Assembly: GCA_004022145.1 (NCBI GenBank)
Contig: RCNU01000001.1
Reading direction: 5' to 3' (one strand)
Length of the DNA: 64,000 nt
Source: Paecilomyces variotii
Lineage: Eukaryota
Below, one piece after another: positions 61,461 through 64,000 of this stretch. Within the stretch, counting starts at the first letter, position 1, and every line of letters starts with the position of its first letter. Made by a program: the position numbers and the translations under genes. The notes beneath the pieces were generated by a model. That model made no database searches, had not been told where the DNA came from, and saw nothing but the letters and a program-made list of their open reading frames with translations.

Positions 61461-63439
61461 GATCGTTTCAGATCCTTGGGATCTTGGTATTGCGCTTCAG
61501 ATCGATCCCTTTCTGCGGTGGACACTGCGCCGCACGTCTAAAACAAAGAATCCCAACTGTTTGATGAGCATGAAATGCAGCTAATAAGGCCCTCGCGCGC
61601 CTGGGGCACAGGGTTTGCAATATATACCCTGTTCTTCGGGTGACTTGTCGGGTCAACGCTGGCGTGAGAGACGAATCGCTGAGCACAATCGACCTCCTAT
61701 CCCTGGCAATCGGTTGTGCATTGCCAGGACTCGGGGAGCGAACGGTGCGCCCAGTCGGAAATATCCACTATCATCCCCGACAGTAACTACTCTAGTGAGC
61801 CTTAGCGTAATGCAAGCGGAACTAATAAGAGTGTTGTCAACCGCGCAGTGGCTACGATAGTAGGAGACTAACTCACTTGGACTATTGCAGAACTGCATGG
61901 CGCCCGTTTAGTCTATGGGGGCAACCGGAAACTAGTTACTTAACAACTGAAAGCCCATTTGCAGGACAGAGGAAATTTAATAATGGTTCGTATGAGCAAT
62001 TATTAATGATTCCTTCACGGCCACGTTGTTGTGGGTCTTCCTTGGGAGCTTTGATGGGTTGTCTGGCTTCTTAGAGAGCCTGTGAAGATATCTTTCAAAC
62101 ATGAACAGCAATGATATGGGAAACCCACACTTCTAAAAAGCCTTGCGCGTCTTCCACATCCACCGCGGTTGGCGGTAGGCGTGGGATGCGGAAATCTGCA
62201 ACAGATGCTCGGGTGCGGGACTAAGGCTGGTCTTGGTCTATCTGCTCTAGTCTGACCAAGACCTAGTGATGGCCCACCAGCTTTCCGGCAGTAGGAAAGA
62301 CCTTGAAATAGATATAAGACCAGAACTCACATGGATCATATATCATCGGGGATCTATCCTGGAGTTCAAAATGTTATTTGGGTTGACAGGTGGATCGATA
62401 GCGGGCCGAAGTGCTGTCGCTCCCGTAGTCAGGCAGAGTTTAATTATTGTTTAAAGTTGCTCTCCGCCATCCAGCTGCAAAGAGCAAAGTTAACTAGATC
62501 TCAAGTCTCGAATAAAGTTTATGCGACTGGGTGGCTATGAACTTATCTCGTGTTTCGTGGTCCTGCAGTTTTTCTACCTGTAATCCTTCGTCCCAACGGA
62601 ATCTGTACTTTATACATTATCTTCCTTCCGGTAAGGCATTATAGTAATAATTCTCAAAAGACCATTGTGCAGGCGATATCAGTAATTAGACATACAATGG
62701 TAGAATAGAATCTACAGAAATATCCACAATGATAGATTCTGATAAACAATGTTCAGAATATACCAGAATTTATGTTGTCCCATAAAGCTGCAGTAAACAT
62801 AGTTTTAATTATGCTTCATAAATGATCATATAAGTTAATATGCTATACATAAACATGCAAGCGCTTGTAAAATTATAAAGAGAAATGCTGACTATTAGCA
62901 AAAGCCTTTCAGTACTGATGGGATTATGAGGTAGAAGCATGGCATCGCAGGGTAATCTGATGCAATGTTATTGATGTGCTACTGATCACAGCAGTCATAT
63001 TCACACACTGTATATTCATTCAACCTAGTTCATAATATTAGGCAGATACCGCTATCTAGAGAGCTCGCCTCTATATTCACCAACTTACCCTCTCCATCTT
63101 CTTCTTATAAGGCTGACCTCTTTCTCCGCCATCTTTCTCCTTTGCAACGACCACCACCATCAAGGCCTGAGAGTGCCCTGAATCATCTAGGGATCTACTA
63201 AGAGTCTATGCAGTCTCCTCTACCAACAGCATTCCTCTACAACGAGCATCCGTGGCCACATCGCTCCTGATCCTGCTTCGGCAGGGACTATGGTATATTT
63301 CTAGTTATATCTGGTGGCCTCCTATGATTCTCATTCTTACAAACTCTAGTATATGTTATATAGTGCCCTTTCGCTAGCAAGATATATCTCCCATTTATAC
63401 GAAAACTTTCGAATGTCACATAGATGGATGGGTTATAGG

Positions 63440-63632
63440 ACTTCATTTGGAACAGGTCTTGGCCCAGTGAACGGGTACATAACTCGTCCTCAGGCAATTT
63501 ATAGCAGGTAGTAAGCGGGGGGTTACAGACTTCCACGCCTTTGACTCGCTGCGAGAAACGGCGACTACTTCTCGATCATGCAATGCTAGCCTGCCAGAGT
63601 CTAAACACAGAACAAGCTCTAGAGAGATGGAC
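63440..63632 (+). pseudogene. Heavily degraded paralogue of the 58441-59064 gene
   Basis: Three frames give PVNGYITRPQ, AGSKRGVTDFHAF and YFSIMQC*PARV*TQNKL*RDG, collinear with PVDGYITRPQ, YGGTHGFP(D)FHTL and HFLITQCKKYSLQDQRNIWKSG. Boundaries are approximate. Confidence 0.65.
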
Positions 63633-64000
63633 ACTTTTTTCTTTTTCTTTTTTTTCCCTTTAACACACTGATTAGACGAATTCACTGGCTACCCTGCAGT
63701 CTGAGCGGATATATTGATCCAACGTACCCTTGTTGGGGAATCCGGTTCCCTAAGACCCCAGGTACAATGATCTAGACCTGTCCCCTATCATGAGAGATAG
63801 CGAAGACGCTCCCTTGTTCATAGGGAAAATACTTTATATGCCATGGTATACCATCGCAACCTCACCTCCACATCGGCCCGTCCCGATAGAACCAAGACAT
63901 CTTCTACACGTTCCAGTGGGGGTTCTCCAGGATGCCTATCACGAACCTGTTACCGAGGCTGATGTCATCAGGAAGAGAGGAACCATTGAGAGTTATCGTG

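Noticed and set aside
1..64000. tRNA, 5S rRNA, CRISPR array, intact transposon or Starship captain (tyrosine recombinase)
   Set aside because: By eye I found no cloverleaf or B-box context, no 5S sequence, no repeat-spacer array and no transposase, reverse transcriptase or recombinase ORF. tRNAscan-SE and Rfam were not run.

Overview
Fungal (filamentous ascomycete, Eurotiales/Aspergillaceae-like) genomic DNA with short GT-AG introns; the species cannot be fixed from sequence alone. CDS coordinates are whole gene spans including introns. The first ~29 kb is a gene-dense block of mostly core genes: MSH3 (runs off the left edge), a zinc-finger-like unknown, BET2, a RhoGAP, RRS1 head-to-head with RSM23/DAP3, an aryl-alcohol-dehydrogenase-type aldo-keto reductase, a SAP-TPR-SET protein and a Pro-rich coiled-coil protein. 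The remainder looks more accessory or metabolic: an orphan CtvD/AurD-like membrane protein, a 331-aa unknown, a ~4.4 kb gene-poor stretch, an alcB-type alcohol dehydrogenase, two LaeA-like methyltransferases, the L-rhamnose catabolic cluster (lraB, lraA, lraC, rhaR) with readable CGG-N11-CCG sites, and a secreted Bys1-like protein. The least expected item, which the ORF track does not show, is a pair of paralogous, broken PD-(D/E)XK-nuclease-like genes (58.4-59.1 kb minus and ~63.4-63.6 kb plus) flanking the second methyltransferase. I found no tRNA, rRNA, CRISPR array or intact transposon.
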